Assembly (NCBI GenBank): GCA_907165135.1
Contig: OU015567.1
Span: forward strand, 7,998,001-8,062,000
Reading direction: 5' to 3'
Source: Oikopleura dioica
Taxonomy: Eukaryota > Animalia > Chordata
DNA: 64,000 nt
Every line of letters starts with the position of its first letter. The first letter of the stretch is position 1. Shown here piece after piece: positions 62,701-64,000 of the stretch. A model generated the notes under the pieces. The model was not told the origin of the DNA, made no database searches, and saw only the letters and a list, made by a program, of their open reading frames with translations. A program made the translations under genes and the position numbers.

Positions 62701-64000
62701 TATTATCGGGATCGTCGTCAGACGAAACATCAGACAAGTCGACATCTGAATCTTCAAGAGCCTCGAATGCCTGCTGTAGATCTATAATAATGAGTAGTTG
62801 AAACATTCGGAAATTTAACAAATGTTCAAAATTATGTAGAAGTACCTGATATTCTTTTGAACGCGAGTTTGAGGTCTTGCTGGAGAGCTTCGTTGGTCGA
62901 ACTGAGGCGGGTAATCTCGAGCTCAAGCTCTTCAACCTTGGACTTGGATTCGTGATACTTGCGCTCGGCAATAGTAAGATCCTCGCGAGCTTCCTGCAAA
63001 GCTTTCTTTGATTTTCTCGACGCATCCTAAAATTATTATAGCCTCAAAGTTCGCTTCAAAATAAGTCACCTTCTCACGATCCTTGTCGGAGAGATCTTGC
63101 GTTCTCTGATTTTGATATTTTTCAGCGTTGTCCTTCAGCCTATTGATCTGCGTTTCAAGCCTCTTGGTGGTGGATTTTTCAAATTCAAGTTTGGTTTCTG
63201 CTTCTCTAGCTCTTGCCTCAGCTCTGAGAACATGAGATTTGTCGACATAGTTGGTCTCGTATTGTTGATTCGACATTTGAAGGTTTCTAACACGCTCTTC
63301 AAGAAGATATTTTTCTGATTTGAGCGCTTCGAATTCCGTGTTGACACCGACGAGTTCAGACTGAGATCTGTTGTAGTTATCGACCGCGGATTTGTACTTT
63401 TGCATCGTTTCTTCGAGATCTTCTTCTTGCTCTTCTATTCGATTGCAGAGGTCATTTCTAAAGACAAAACATCCGCAAGTTGTCTTAGACAGTGGCTTAA
63501 ATTTACGGAAAGAAGAGTATAATCCTCTACAAATATTCATCGCTTTTTCAAAATATTTTTGTTGTCAAAAAATAAACCGCAAAGCTCTACTTTATATATA
63601 AAATATCTAGATCTTACCGTTCTCTATGTGAGTCCGCAAGCTGTCTTTCAACTTCCTGCTTTGCCCTGGTGAGTTCCTCAATCTGGCTCACAAGATCCTC
63701 ATTTTCAAACTCGATCGATTTCTTGCTCTTCGACACCTTGTTCTGATTCATCGAGGCCTCTTCAAGTTGAGTCTGAAGTTGCTTGAGCTGTGCTCGTGAA
63801 ACAGAGTCGTTTCGTAGAACTTCAATTTGGAGCTGGGCATCCTTCAGAAGGGCACGGTATCGCTATAAAGATGATGCCAATTTTTATGAAATCCCGAATT
63901 TTTCTCGCACTTGACGGAAAATATAAATTGCTCACCTGGATATCTCGACGAAGTTTCCTCTCGCTCTCCTCGTTTTTGGCGGGAACGGTAGTGCGCAATT
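59787..64000 (-). CDS. MYO18: Unconventional myosin XVIII, 3' portion (end of coiled coil plus long low-complexity tail); gene runs off the right edge
   Basis: ERKLRRDIQRYRALLKDAQ, VDKSHVLRAEARAREAETKLEFEK and LQQDLKLAFKRISDLQQA match the myosin-18 tail. GT-AG introns link it to downstream Ser/Arg/Asp-rich exons; the 3' end is approximate. Confidence 0.85.

Overview
Gene-dense, AT-rich animal genomic DNA with mostly 40-50 bp introns, at least one likely GA-AG intron, co-oriented gene clusters and divergent histone variants. This strongly suggests a larvacean tunicate such as Oikopleura dioica (inference, no database search run). Recognisable genes, left to right: DDOST (partial), RFC2, an SLC16/MCT-type transporter, a trypsin-family serine protease, SDAD1, EEF2, a secreted EF-hand protein, a CFAP410-like LRR protein, two tandem SRP19 paralogues, PAF1, a SUPT20H-like gene, a TPD52-family gene, an RNase H-like protein, D2HGDH, a sarcomeric myosin heavy chain, variant histones H2A and H2B flanking PPM1D, a second EF-hand paralogue, an UNC5 receptor and the 3' part of a myosin-XVIII gene. 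Seven non-autonomous DNA transposons (MITEs) have readable TIRs and target-site duplications. The most interesting observations: (1) a stand-alone 124-aa gene matching only the assembly-competent C-terminal tip of the myosin rod, 1.7 kb from the full myosin gene; (2) a Mutator-like MITE inside a coding exon whose termini could let it be spliced out in frame as a GC-AG intron; (3) tandem divergent SRP19 genes; (4) an UNC5 without a death domain; (5) an H2A variant with an unusual N-terminal motif; (6) an apparently catalytically dead RNase H. Exon boundaries were read by eye; gene coordinates span start to stop and include introns.
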